From positions 623,440-687,439 of the forward strand of contig NW_005201792.1 of assembly GCF_000372725.1 (NCBI RefSeq): DNA of 64,000 nt. Reading direction: 5' to 3'. The position numbers were made by a program, and so were the translations under genes. The stretch is from Emiliania huxleyi CCMP1516. Its lineage: Eukaryota. Position 1 is the stretch's first letter, and every line of letters starts with the position of its first letter. Of the stretch, positions 23,758 through 35,161 are shown piece by piece. The notes beneath the pieces are model-generated. The model ran no database searches, was not told the origin of the DNA, and saw only the letters and a list, made by a program, of their open reading frames with translations.

Positions 23758-26700
23758 TCACTCGTCTCCGGGCAGCGCGTCCGGGGGCGGGACGCCAGCC
23801 TGTGCGCACAGCGACTCCAGCGCGGGGCCAAATGAGGCGTCCTCCGCCGAGAGGGCCGCGAGCCGCTCGAGGGTGGTGCGGTTGGCGACGAGCCGCTCGG
23901 ACAGCGCCGCCTCGCGCTCTAGTGCGGTGGCGCCCTGCACGCCCGAGGCCGCCGCGCTCTCGCGGTGCGCGTCGAGCAGCGACGACAGCTCGCTGGCTAC
24001 CCTCTGCAGCTCGCCGCGGCGCTCCTGTAGGGTGGCGCCGATCGAGCGCGACGCGTCGGCGAGCCGCTCGTAGTGCTGCCTCTGCGCGCCGCTCACGTCG
24101 GCGAGCTCGTCGAGCGTCACTCCCATCTGACCGATCTCCTCCTCCACCTCGGACTGCTGCACCTTGTGCGCGCGGCACCTGCAGCAGGCGGCGGGCGGAG
24201 GATGGGAGGGAGCAGTTGGGAGGGAGCAGTTGCCGTGATGCGCGATGGGGCGTGTCACGCGTGGCCCCTTTGAGCGACGAGCTCGCCTCCGCAGCCGCCC
24301 CCGCGCGTGCGGGCGGAGGCGCGGGTGGGAGGGGGTGGCGAAGGGCGCAGCGCAGAGTGGCGCCAGAGCTGCTACGGCGGGCTCTCTCGGCTGCTACAGC
24401 CGTCACCGCGCGAGCGCAGCGCGGTGCTGCTCCTCGAGCAGCGCGCGCTGCTCCGCGAGAGGCGTGCGCGGGCCTGCGGGCGCGAGCGCCGCCTTGTACG
24501 CAGCATTCTTGTCGACGAGATGGCGCAGCGCCTGCGGTGGTTTGGGTCGGGCCCTCGGTGTGGGGACCCGCTCCTCCCGCGCGCCCCCTGCCCCTCCCGC
24601 GTCTCGGCGCCTTGTCGAGCGAGACAACCTCGCGCTCCGCCGTTTGAATCTTGGCGTCGAGCTCGTCGCCCTGCCGCTGCAGCTCGTCTCGCTCCTGCGC
24701 CGCCTTGATGACGAGGTACGCCTGCCGAGAGACAGCCGAGATACAGCCGAGACACAGCCGAGACACGGCCGAGGTACAGCCTTGATGACGAGGTGCGCCT
24801 GCGACTGCGGCGCGCCGTCCTCGTCGGTCCCGAGCCTGCCGACAGGGAACGGGGCGGTCAGGTCCGCGCACACACACGGTGGCGCCAGCCTCGACGCAGC
24901 CGTGTGTGCGAGAGCCGGCGTGGACAGTCTGGCATCTATGGCGCCGGGCTTGCCCTCGAGGTTGGCGCTCTTGGCCGAGAGCCGGTCGACACGCAGCAGC
25001 CGCTCCGTCAGCGCCTGTGAGGGGGGCGGGCCGGTGCGGGAAGGTGCTCTCGAGCCAGCCGAGATCGAGCCGAGCCTGCGACCGGCGGCGCGCGCCTTCT
25101 TGGCGCGGGAGCGCTCGTCCTCCGCCGCCTTGAGCTGCGCGCGCAGCACGTCGGTGTGCACCTTGATCTCCTCCTGCCGCTCCGCCATCGAGAGCTGCAG
25201 CTGGCTCTTGCGGTTCTCGAGCCCGAAGACGCCGTCCGTCCGGCCGTGCAGCGCCTCGCGCAGCTTCTTGACCTCGAGCCGCAGCAGGTCGGCCGCCACC
25301 GTCGCCTCCTGCCGCTGCTGCGCCTCCTTCTTGATCTGCTTCTGCGCGAGCGTGTTGTCGACCTCGACCGCGTCGATCGCCGCCCGCAGCCGCGCCTCTT
25401 CCGTCGTCACCTGCGTCGGAGCGAGCGGGCGGCGCGGCTCACGCGCGCTGCGCCGGCCGAGGCAGGCGGCGGCCACCGCTCGCGACACCTCCTCCTCCCG
25501 CCTCCGCGCGCGCTTCAGCTCGTTGGACAGCCGCTTCTCCTGCTCGCTGAGCATGCGCGCCTGCGCGAGGCGCGGGCGGGCGCGGATGAGGGGGGGCGCG
25601 CGGGCGGGGCGGGCGGGGACGCCCGGCGGGCGTCGCGCGCCGTCGCGCCCTGCTGCTCGAGCTGCCTCTGCAGCGTAGCGATCTGGGACTTGAGCTCGGT
25701 CTGCTCCTCTGCGGAGCGGACGCCGGTGGCGCGCGCAACCTGGTCGGGTGGCGGTGGGTGGCGGTGGGGTGGGTGGAGGCACCGAGCCGGGGGACGGGAC
25801 CGAGGGAGGGCGCTTGTGCGCGGGCGCCTTCCGCTGCATGAGCTGCAGCTGGAAGTCGGCGGTGTAGAGCACCTGTGGACAGCCGCGGCGGTGAGGCGGC
25901 GCCACCGGTCGCGACTCTGCAGAAAACGGGGGGGGGGGGGGGGGGGGGGGGGCCAAAGGCCAAATTCGCCCCTCCCTTTGGCGGGGGGCCTTTTCGGGGA
26001 GGTGCCCCCCCCGGGACCTGTTCCCCCACACCCCCAGGGGGGGGGGGAGGGGGGAGTTTTTTCCCCAACCCGGTCCCCCCCCTCCTTCACCGGGGGTTGG
26101 AAAAAACCCCCTTTTCCCCCCCAATTTGGGGGGGGAACCTTCCCTTTTCCTGCCTCGCCGCTTGGAGCCGCGCCGTCTCCGCGTACAGCGCCTCCCGCAG
26201 CGCGCCAGCCGCCTTTGCGCGCTCCTTGAGCCGCGCCCCCTCCCGGGCGTGGAGCTCGTCCATCTGCCTGGAGGCCGCCTGCTCGCCGCGAGGGGGGGGC
26301 GGCCGTCAGCCGTGCCTCCCCGGGGCGGGGGAGGCCTCCCGCGGGGGAGGCGTGGGTGGGGCGCCTCGAGCGAGCCTGGGTCTGGGAGGAGTCTTGGCAG
26401 GGCGAGGGAGGGGACTGGGCAGGGCGAGGGAGGGTCTGGGCAGGGCGAGGGAGGGTCTAGGAAGGCCCGGGGCGCCTCGAGCGAGCCGAGGTTGTCGCTC
26501 GAGCGGCTCGCAGCCTCCTCCGCCGCCGCTAGCTTGGCCTTTGCAGCCTCGAGCGCCGCCCGGCGCTCCTCGAGGCTCTCCTCCGCGCCTCGGATCTGCG
26601 CGCGCCGCCTGTCCCTCTCCGCGGCCGCCTACAGCAGCGCGCTCGGAGAGGGCTCAGCGGAGGGCTCAGAGGGGGCTGCGAACCACCCGCTCCGCGGCCG

Positions 26701-28509
26701 CCTCGCCCATCGCGACGCGCGCCTGGGCCACCTGCTCCTGCACGCTCTCCGTCGCCTCCGCAGCGGCGCGCTGCTCCTCGCGCCGGCGGCCGACCGCGCG
26801 CTCCGCAGAGGCGATGCCTGCAGGAAGGCTCCGCGAAGGTTCGCACCCGCCTGCGCCTCTGCTCGCGCGCGGCGCCGTCTCTCGGCAAGCGCAGACGTGG
26901 ACGTGCTGGTCTCTCGGACGTGGTGGTCTGGAGAGGTGTGATGAGAGATGTGATGAGCCTAGGCTGCCGCGCCGTGGCGCAGGTCCGCGTTGCTCTTCTG
27001 CCGCGCCTCGAGCTCGCTCTCCTTTTGCGCGAGCGCATCCTGCTGCGCCTCGAGCTCGCGCTTGGCGGACGCGTACTCCTCGTGCGCGCGGGAGATGTCC
27101 TGCGAGGGCGCGAGGCGCCGTCCGAGGTGCTTTAGGGGTCTAGGGAGGGTCTAGGAAGGGCCGAGGGAGTGGGGCAGAGGTGCGTGGGAAGCGCGGTGAG
27201 TGCTGCGCGTGCGCGTGCGCGCCTCGTCGCGCTTCTGCATCGCCGCGACCGACATCTCCCACTGCTCGACCAGCTCTCGCCTGGCCAGTCACCGCGGGGC
27301 GGGGGGGGGGGGGGGAGGGGTGAGGCGAGGCTGTCGCGCCGGAGCGGCTCTGGAGGAGAAGGCCGCGCCGCTCGCGCTGCAGCGCGCGGTAGTCGTCGGC
27401 GGTGCGGTCGAGCTCGACTTGCTGCACCGACGTCTTGGTCACCTCCGCCTCCAGCTCCGCCTGCCGCTCCGCCACCTGCGGGCACGCGTCGCCGGAGGGG
27501 AAGGCTCGAGAGGGGGCGGCTCCCGGCGGGAGTCGGCTCCGAGGGCCGCCCGCGCCTGCGCCAGCGTCTTTTCGAGCTGCAGGTTGAGCGACTTGAGGCG
27601 CGACTCGTCCGCCTGACGCCAGAGAGGGGAGGAGGTGGGCGGCCCGCCCTCCCGCAACGCTGCGCCTCTCCCCTCCTCCTCAGCCTCTCCCCTCCTCCTC
27701 TCCCTCGAGGCGACACATGCGCGCCTTTGCGTACTTGAGCATGGCGAGGTTGTCCTCCTCTTTCTGGCGCGCCGCGAGCGCCCACTGCTCGAGCTCCTGC
27801 ACGCCGAGGGGCGGGCGGGGCGGGAGGTGCGAGGGGCGAGAGCGGCGGCGGGCGCCTTCGGAGACGGAAGGCGTCGGCGAGCGGGGCGGCGCGGCGCGGC
27901 GGGCTCGGGTGCGTGGTGCGCCTCTTGCTTCCAGTTCATCTGGAGCTTGAAGGCGTCCATCCGCTCGTTCCCCTTGAAGATCTGAGTCTGCGCCGCCGTC
28001 GCCTGCGCCGCGGGCAGGCGCCGCCGCCGCTCAGCGGAGTGCTCCCCCATCCCCATCCCGCACCGCCGCCTCCTGCCACCACCTCCGCCGCGAGCAGCGG
28101 ATCGCGGGTGCGCGCGACTCTCTGGGGCGGGGTGGCGACGACCGCGCTGGCTGTGTGAGCACAGGGTGGGCGAGCGCGGCGCCTTGTCTGTCAGATCCGC
28201 GCACTCGCGCTGCAGCTTTGAGAGCTCCGAGCTGAAGCGGCCGAGCTCCCTATCGGCGAGCTGCTTGAGGTGGTCTTCGGTCTCGACCTCCTTTGCCTTG
28301 GCATCCACCAGCCGCTGCGTGTTCTGCCGCTCCGCCACCACCGAGCCAAGGTGACCCTCCATCACAGACACTCGCTCGCCCGTCTCGGCCAGCTCCTCCT
28401 CGGTCGCAGCGAGCGCCCGCTCCGCGTCCTTGAGATCGGCGTAGAGCGCGCGGTTGGCCGCGTTGGCAAAGTCCGGCAGATCGACGAGCTCTTCTTCATC
28501 GTCGGACAT
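23758..28509 (-). CDS. CCDC39: Coiled-coil domain-containing protein 39 (axonemal ruler, FAP59; multi-exon)
   Basis: LPDFANAAN, EVETEDHLKQLADRELGR, IFKGNERMDAFKLQMNWKQEELEQW, VFGLENRKSQLQLSM, SQAYLVIKAAQERDELQRQGDELDAKI. Confidence 0.85.
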
Positions 28510-28799
28510 TGCGTTCTTGGGTTCGTGGGGAGCGAGCGGTTCGGAGGCCGGCGATCGAGGCAGAGGTGGCCTTAGAAACGGCCAATGCGCGCCGTGTATT
28601 CTTTTTTTGCTTGGAGTTTGACCTGTTTTGCCCCTGCCTACCTACCTACCTACCTACCCTACTTATGGGAAACTAAAAAATAAATCACTCGATGGGTGAA
28701 GGTGGGGTACCATACCAACTAAAGTGATGGTTGGTGGTACTCTCCTGCAACCACAGTCCTTCCTGTGACATGGCAGGCCACTCTCAAGCCCTACAAGCA

Positions 28800-29013
28800 G
28801 AGAGCACCGCGTACCCTCCCCACTCCCGCCTCTCATTTGTGTCACACCACGCGGAACGCATCTCCATCGCTTCGGTGAAGGGGGTGAACCGTGCCATCCT
28901 CGATCGCCGTGCAAAGCTCGCTTCCGAGCTCTCACGCCGCGCGTAGGGCCCTTAGGGGCCTAGAGAACACAACCCCCTCTCTCTTTTCTCCCAGTAAGCT
29001 ATAAGTACGTACG
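28800..29013 (+). mobile_element. Short 5'-truncated retroposon (family B) with a (GTAC)n tail
   Basis: Flanked by TACAAGCA (28792-28799, 29014-29021); absent from the paralogous site near 33710; second copy at 29314-29418. Confidence 0.75.
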
Positions 29014-29148
29014 TACAAGCACCAGATCACCCATTTGGGGAGGGTTGACATCGTGATTTTCGCGGAAAATTTCTTTTTCTGCTGTGAAAATTCCAGCGTG
29101 AAGAGAGGGAAAAACCCGACGGGAGGGCCCAGACCTACCCTACCTACC

Positions 29149-30150
29149 CTGAGGGAGGGTGTAGAGGATGTAGAGTGTAGAGCGCTGTAGAGCTGTAGAG
29201 ATGTAGAGCGCTCTGGAGCGCTGTAGAGCTGTAGAGCTCTACATCGGGCACGGGACGAACTGCGTGCGTTGTAGAGCGATGTAGAGCGCGATTTTGTTGT
29301 AGAGTTTGTTGTACGTACTTATAGCTTACTGGGAGAAAAGAGAGGGGAGGTTGTGTTCTCTAGGCCCCTAAGGGCCCTACGCGCGGCGTGAGAGCTCGGA
29401 AGCGAGCTTTGCACGGCGTTGTTGTAGAGGCTCTACAGCCAACCCGCCGGGAAGGCAGTGACTCAAAGAGGTCGAGTCGCACTAATGGGGTGTCTCCGAG
29501 CTTACTGGAGCTCTGATGGACGGCCCTGACTATCCCTGACACACAGAGAGTCACTCTGATGGCACACAACACCCCATAACTGCGTCATCACCAGCCTGCC
29601 ATGCGTCGCCGGTGCCCGCATTCGTCGCTGTGCTTCTTTAGCAGGCGGTGGACTGTCGGCGGCGAGGACGGTCGCATTTGCGCAAGGCGAGGCGAGCATT
29701 CAGACGCGTTGCATGCGCCATGCCTCGCGCCAGCGTGTGCGGGAGCTCCTGGCTGAGCGTTGAGTCCAAGCGAGTTGCGCTGGCCACTATCGCTACGCCG
29801 AGCCGAGCTGACGCGCCGAGGCGCCGGCCAGTCGCAGCCGTGAGGCATGCCACAGCAGCAGAGGCACCTCCCACCCATTGGGCGGGCAGACAGAAGGCCA
29901 GGGCAGCACTGGCGAGTGCAACGCGCCTCATGTCGGAGAGCGACCGTGCCTCGTTCGCTTTTGATGTAGAGTTTGTTGTAGAGATTTCACGTTGTAGAGC
30001 GCCTCTACATCGCTCTACAACGCACGCAGTTCGTCCCGCGGCGGATGTAGAGCTCTACAGCTCTACAGCGCTCTACAGCGCTCCAGAGCGCTCTACATCT
30101 CTACAGCTCTACAGCGCTCTACACTCTACATCCTCTACACCCTCCCTCAG
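29149..30150. mobile_element. Non-autonomous TIR element (~1 kb) with long TGTAGAG-rich inverted repeats and an 8-bp TSD
   Basis: CTGAGGGAGGGTGTAGAGG...CCTCTACACCCTCCCTCAG, ~135-bp inverted arms, TACCTACC duplicated at 29141-29148 and 30151-30158; empty site present near 33842. Confidence 0.9.
29314..29418 (-). mobile_element. Second, shorter family B copy inserted inside the TIR element
   Basis: Near-identical reverse complement of ~28906-29010; flanked by TTGTTGTA (29306-29313, 29419-29426). Confidence 0.75.
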
Positions 30151-31505
30151 TACCTACCCCGGCATGACGTACGGCCAAGCAAAAAAAGAATACACCTGAA
30201 TGCTTTGGGTTTTGTAAGGTGCCTATATGGGCTTCCAGTATCGGACCTTCAAGACATGCGCTTTTGGCCGGTGGCCTCCTCGGACAGGTTTCGCCACCTC
30301 TTCATGAAATTGAAAAGAAGAAAAGCGCATGTATACACATAACGATCCAGTCCCTCTCACGCTCAGCGATACCCGCACAACCTACGACAACTTTGGTCGC
30401 CGGCTTTGGCCAGGTGCAGCCACCACCTGCTTGCCTCCATGTTCACGCTTCGCGCCCCTTCCCCCCCCCTGACGCCGCCGTATGACCTTAGGTGAGGGGC
30501 ACGACTACCCGCCTGGAAGGCGCTCTCATCAGCAAGTCACCTCCAGGCACCAACTCCTGGGCGTTTACGCTTGACTACGAAACCATGCAGTGGATGCAGC
30601 TCGATCAAAACGGCGACGCCAACAGCTGGCCCCTGGGCGAGTTCCTTCCTTGCGCTCAGGATGAGGTGCGAGCCATGATGCTCGACTATCAGCGTGCACC
30701 AAGTCGCTCACATTCCGTGAGTTCGTCAACGGGCCGAACTCTCCAAGTCGACGGCGATCTCGAACTCCGACAACTGGACCGGTGCACCAGCCGCGTAGGA
30801 CGATGGCTCCCTCGAGGACATCCCTTCATCGACGGACGCCTTCACCGCCGCCGGCCCTGGGCCATCCAGCGCGGCCTCCGACGGCCTGCACGTGATCGAG
30901 GTACAGAAACGGTGGCTGCCGCAGCTCACACCCTAATCTATCTGCCTTAGGCACGGAGCCAACGGAGCCATCCATCGCGCATGCCCGCATCGCGTGCGGC
31001 TCCGAGGTCTCCCGCCGAGACCGGCTCGGCGCGGCGCGTGGCCGCACGCCGCCGTTGAAAAGGCGATAGGAGAGGGGAGAGCGCCGGCCACATCGAGCGA
31101 GCGCTGACGTGTAAGGTGTCTGCGCTGCTCCGGTGTGTGTGGGATTATGCCTCCCCCCATCTGTGCGGCGAGGTGTTTGCGGTGGGTGCGATGGCCGATC
31201 GTGTTTGCGCGATAAGTCAGTCGTTGCATGCAGCGACTCTGCTCACGTGCCACGACTGCTTTGACTGACTTATGAGTGCTGATGGATGATCTCCGACAAC
31301 CCTAAACCAAAATGAAAATTACTCTCGGGAGGCTGTGAAAGCACGCCCAACCTAGCGGATTTGGGTACTTGCCCCCGAAGGCAAGTGCGTCTGTTCACAG
31401 CTCACGAGAGTAAAATGAAAATGCGCAGTTTGGCTTGCAGATCCTGCGTCTCTCACTGCCCGAACAACAGAGGCGGGTCCGCAGTCCCCCACTAGTATAC
31501 ACATA

Positions 31506-32627
31506 ATGACCACCGAGCACAAGCGCTTCCCCGTCGCCGCCGCCGCCATTGCGGGCACGCTCGAGAACTTCGCCACCTTTCCGTTCGAGTACGTCAAAAC
31601 GCAGCTTCAGCTTCAGATCCGCTCCTCGGCGCTCTACGCTGGCAGCAGCGCCTACACTGGCCCGCTCGACGTCGTGCAGCGAACCTTCCGAACCGCTGGC
31701 CTCCTCGGCCTGTACAGCGGCGGCGCCAGCTTCGTCATCTTCTCTCCCCTGCGTGCGGTCGTGCGCTTCACCACCTTTGAGCGGCTGCGAATAACGGCTC
31801 GGAGCCAGCAGCTGCGAGAGACGCCTGGCGGCAAGAGGCTCTCCGACCTCGGCTGCGGCGTGCTGGCTGGCGCGGCGGACGGCGCGCTGTGCCAGACGCC
31901 GAGCAATGCGATCGCCGTCAAGATGGTGCACGACCAGTCGCCCAGAGGGCCGCGGCAGTACAGGCTGGGCGGCGGCCCGAGTTGGCACGCAAAGAGCGGT
32001 ATACGCAGACAGACAGCGCCTCCCCACGCCACCGCAGGCACGTGCTCCACGCTACGCGTCAGATTGCGGCCGAGTTTGGCGTCTGGCGCGCGGCCGTCCC
32101 CTCCAGCGGCTAGAGGCGAGAGGTGCGACTCCCGCCCGTGCGAGTATAGGCACGGCTTCTTCTCTGGCCTGTGGCCCACCGTGGCAAAGGTCTCCTTCTG
32201 CGCGGGCGTCCGCCGCCGCAGGAGAGGCTGGCGGCTGGAGGCCGTCTCCCCACGGCAGTCGTCTCACTGAGTAGGCATCCGCTTCGTTGGCTACGGCGAG
32301 ATGGCCGAGAGATTGCGCTCCCGCCCCGGCCGACCTGAAGGGCCAATTGCAATCTGGGAGAGTCTGGTGGCAGGCGGCACCGCGGGCGGCGTGTCAGCGG
32401 TGCTCAGCCAGCCGATCGACGTTGTGCGCGCAAACATGATGTCGCTGGACGCGAGGCGGTACAGCTCCTCCCTCGCGTGTGCCCGCGCCATTCTCCGGAG
32501 CGGAGGATTGCCCGGCCTCTTCCTCGGCGTCGGGCCTCGCATCTGCCGCGTCTGCGTCGAGGAGTCGCTCAAGTTCACGCTATTCGAGGCGGCGGAGCGA
32601 CAGTTGTGCGCGCTCTTCCCGCCGTAA
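31506..32627 (+). CDS. Mitochondrial carrier (SLC25), tricarboxylate/citrate carrier-like (3 introns)
   Basis: Carrier signatures PFEYVKTQLQL and QPIDVVRANM; VKMVHDQ resembles the citrate carrier VKFIHDQ; GLFLGVGPRICRV. Confidence 0.85.
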
Positions 32628-33172
32628 GAACTCTCTCACACGACTCACGAGTCGGTCACATTATTAAATAAATACGTTACGGCCCAACACAGGGTCAAAC
32701 TCCTGACACACGACCCTCTGGGGTCGCCCTCGCAGCTCGCTCGCCCCGCCCCAGCGGCGTGCACCCCCGCTCGATCCTGTACGAACCGTGTTCCTCTGTG
32801 GGGTCACGGGGGAGCCAGCCGCCGCGGAGAGAGCGCGGCGTTGACGCGCGCACACACCGCTGTGTGTCACACACATATCGATATGCGCCATGCGCCATGC
32901 GACATGCGATATATATTAATATCTGAGCGACGTCTCTCTCTCTCTCACACGTCGCTCTCAAGTCTCTCAAGTCTCTTTTATCAGTCTAACCCCTTTTATA
33001 TCATTCTCGTGAAAGTATGTTTCGTCATATTCTGCTGTGTCCCTACCTACCTATGAACGTATGCCAGCAACTTACATGCACGACTCGAACGCGCACACGG
33101 TGATGTACACGGCATGGCCCCGCGCACGGCAGGGCGTGCGGCGCGCGACTGGGACAGACCGAGACGGGGATC

Positions 33173-33610
33173 TCAGCATGGGTTCTCGCCTTCGTCTTGC
33201 TGCGCCCTCCACGTGGTACACCTCGCGCTGTTGCCAAAGCAATCCTCCATCTCCCACGTCTCTTTTCGTTCGGCAATGCACCTCGAGCAGCCCCTGCAGA
33301 GTCCGCCGTTGTTCCAGCCGGTGCTAGTGGTGATGACGGAGCCGCTACAATTGAAGTTGGAGCTCGCATCCTCGAATCGTCCTCGAGATGCCCTTCTCAT
33401 GCACGTGGGTAGGCACGGATAGGTCCGCAGCGCGTCCACCACCCCGTCGCAGCACCCATGGTACGCTGGCTTGAGGCCATACTCGCGGTCGAACAGCAAC
33501 GGGTCGTCCTCTCCAAACCAGCCGTGGATCCACGAGAACTTGTCAGTGAACCCCCAAAAGGTGAGCCCCTCAACGTACGGCGAGATCAGGGCTTCCGCCA
33601 TGAGGGCAAG
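33173..33610 (-). pseudogene. C-terminal fragment of a GH10 (xylanase-type) glycoside hydrolase
   Basis: VEGLTFWGFTDKFSWI...PLLFDREYGLKPAY matches the GH10 C-terminal motif; the 5' part is replaced by repeat family A at 33611. Confidence 0.7.
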
Positions 33611-33862
33611 CTACCTACCTACCTACCTTACTTATGGGAAACTAAAAAAGAAATCACTGGATCTCCTGCAACCACAGTCCTTCCTGTGACATGGCAGGCC
33701 ACTCTCAAGCCCGACCAGCACCAGATCACACACTTGGGGAGCGGGGAGGGTTGACATCGTGATTTCCGCGGAAATTTCTTTTTTGTGAAAATACCGGCGT
33801 GAAGAGAGGGAAAAACCCGACGGGAGGGCCCAGACCTACCCTACCTACCCCGTCATGACGTA
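33611..33862 (-). mobile_element. Repeat family A, uninterrupted copy with a (TAGG)n tail
   Basis: High identity to the host segments of 28637-30172. Confidence 0.75.
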
Positions 33863-33865
33863 TAC

Positions 33866-34650
33866 AGAAAGAAAAAAAACAGACAACCCAAGGGAGGGAT
33901 GGGAGGACGGCACGCCGCCACCACACAGGGATTTTAAGGATAGGAGTGTGGTGCTAGCCGTCGCCCACCCTAACCCTTGGTCGTCCGCCTCTTTCTATCT
34001 CCCTTCGCAGTCCCTCGCCGATTCTCGCTGCAACCTTCATGCCACCTCGCGGTCGTCCCACTCTCGTCGTTCTCCCTCCTGTCGTTGCCTCCTCTGTCGC
34101 GTCGTTCTCGTCTGCCTCGTCCTGCGACGCCGCCGCCGCCTGCCGTTCCCTTGTTCTCTCGGCTTCTTTCGCCATTCGGCGCAACTCTGCCCTCCTCGCG
34201 GCATATTTTGGCCCCTCGAGTTTATCGAGCTCTCCTCGCGCAAGGACGACTCTTCTGATGCCCACTCCGATCATTTGCCGCCAAGTCATATCGTTGCTCA
34301 GGTCCACTCTCTCTTCGAACACTTGCGCCTCCACCGATGATGTTGGCGCTGGGTTCCCCTTCGGGTGCATCGTTACAGCTGACGACGGGATTACCACTGG
34401 TGTTTCGTCCTCCTCGGAGTCTTCTTCCCCGGCTTCCTCCCGTTCGGCTCTACGCTCATTTCGTTCAGCGTGGCTCACCCTCCATGCCGACTGTCTGTGC
34501 TTGCTTGTGCGTCTTTGGGTCCGGGGTTGTGTTTTTGTGTGAACACACACTCCGTCAGAGCCCCCTCCCCTCTTGCACAACAGGAATTTTGACAATTAAC
34601 CAGATGGGCTTGCCCCATTCCGGAGTGGTTCGACTCCACACAAATCCGAG
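33866..34650 (-). mobile_element. Longer, diverged copy of the 12.7-14.9 kb retroposon family (no RT visible)
   Basis: Encodes QVFEERVDLSNDMTWRQMIGVGIRRVVLARGELDKLEGP... and has the same 3' UTR and pyrimidine tail; 5' boundary approximate. Confidence 0.75.
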
Positions 34651-34704
34651 ACGGTGATGGATGCGTCGTGGATGGTCTCAGGCCCAGTGAGGTAGTGCAT
34701 CTGG

Positions 34705-34929
34705 CCACTCCGGATCATGCTGAACAAGTTCCTCTTGTGGCTCGATCGGTCACACCGCCATCGCCGTCGGGGAGAGGGGGGTCGACACTGCTTCGGCAAC
34801 GTGCACCTCGATCCTGTACCGTGTTTGTTATGACCCCCCCCAATGAACACACCAGTGAGGGAGGGCGAGACGATCGAGGGGTCCCGTACCATGCGGAATC
34901 GACCCTATCCGGTGCTCAAGTGCTCAAGG
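34705..34929 (+). mobile_element. Dispersed repeat family C ending in (GTGCTCAA)2
   Basis: Matches ~61500-61821 (GTGCACCTCGATCCTGTACCGTG...GGAATCGACCCTATCC.GTGCTCAAGTGCTCAAG). Confidence 0.7.
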
Positions 34930-35130
34930 TCTGTGAACAGCAGGTATGGAGGCGCTCGCCGCGTGCGGCGATTGAGCGCCTCCCTCTCTCTCCGGCTGCG
35001 CGCCTGACCGGTGCGGCCTCCGAGTCGGCGTCTAGCGCGCGCGATAAGGTTTTTGCTCGCCTTCCCTGGGACCCCGTGTTGCGTGACTCTGTGCGATTTC
35101 GGGCCCGGGGTTGTGCGTTTACGTGAACAG
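34930..35130. repeat. Dispersed repeat family D (inverted paralogue ~49830-50020; fragments ~36742-36840)
   Basis: Shared GCGATAAGGTTTTTGC..GCCTTCCCTGGGACCCCGTGTTGC and GCGATTTCGGGCCCGGGGTTGTGCGTTTA blocks. Confidence 0.7.
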
Positions 35131-35161
35131 CAGGTTGGATGTCGTAACACGATGGCCGAAC

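Larger units (their letters stand above)
28637..30172 (-). mobile_element. Retroposon-like repeat family A with a (TAGG)n tail, carrying nested insertions
   Basis: Colinear with 33611-33862 once the inserts 28800-29013 and 29149-30150 are removed. Confidence 0.75.

Noticed and set aside
28906..29418. ~105-bp inverted repeat read as the TIRs of one element
   Set aside because: Each arm has its own TSD and tail, so they are two independent retroposon insertions.
34575..34650. tRNA-Sec-like 3' half (GAGTGGTTCGACTCCAC T-arm preceded by a hairpin)
   Set aside because: No UCA anticodon arm, D-arm or matching acceptor stem upstream; it lies at the edge of a retroposon copy.
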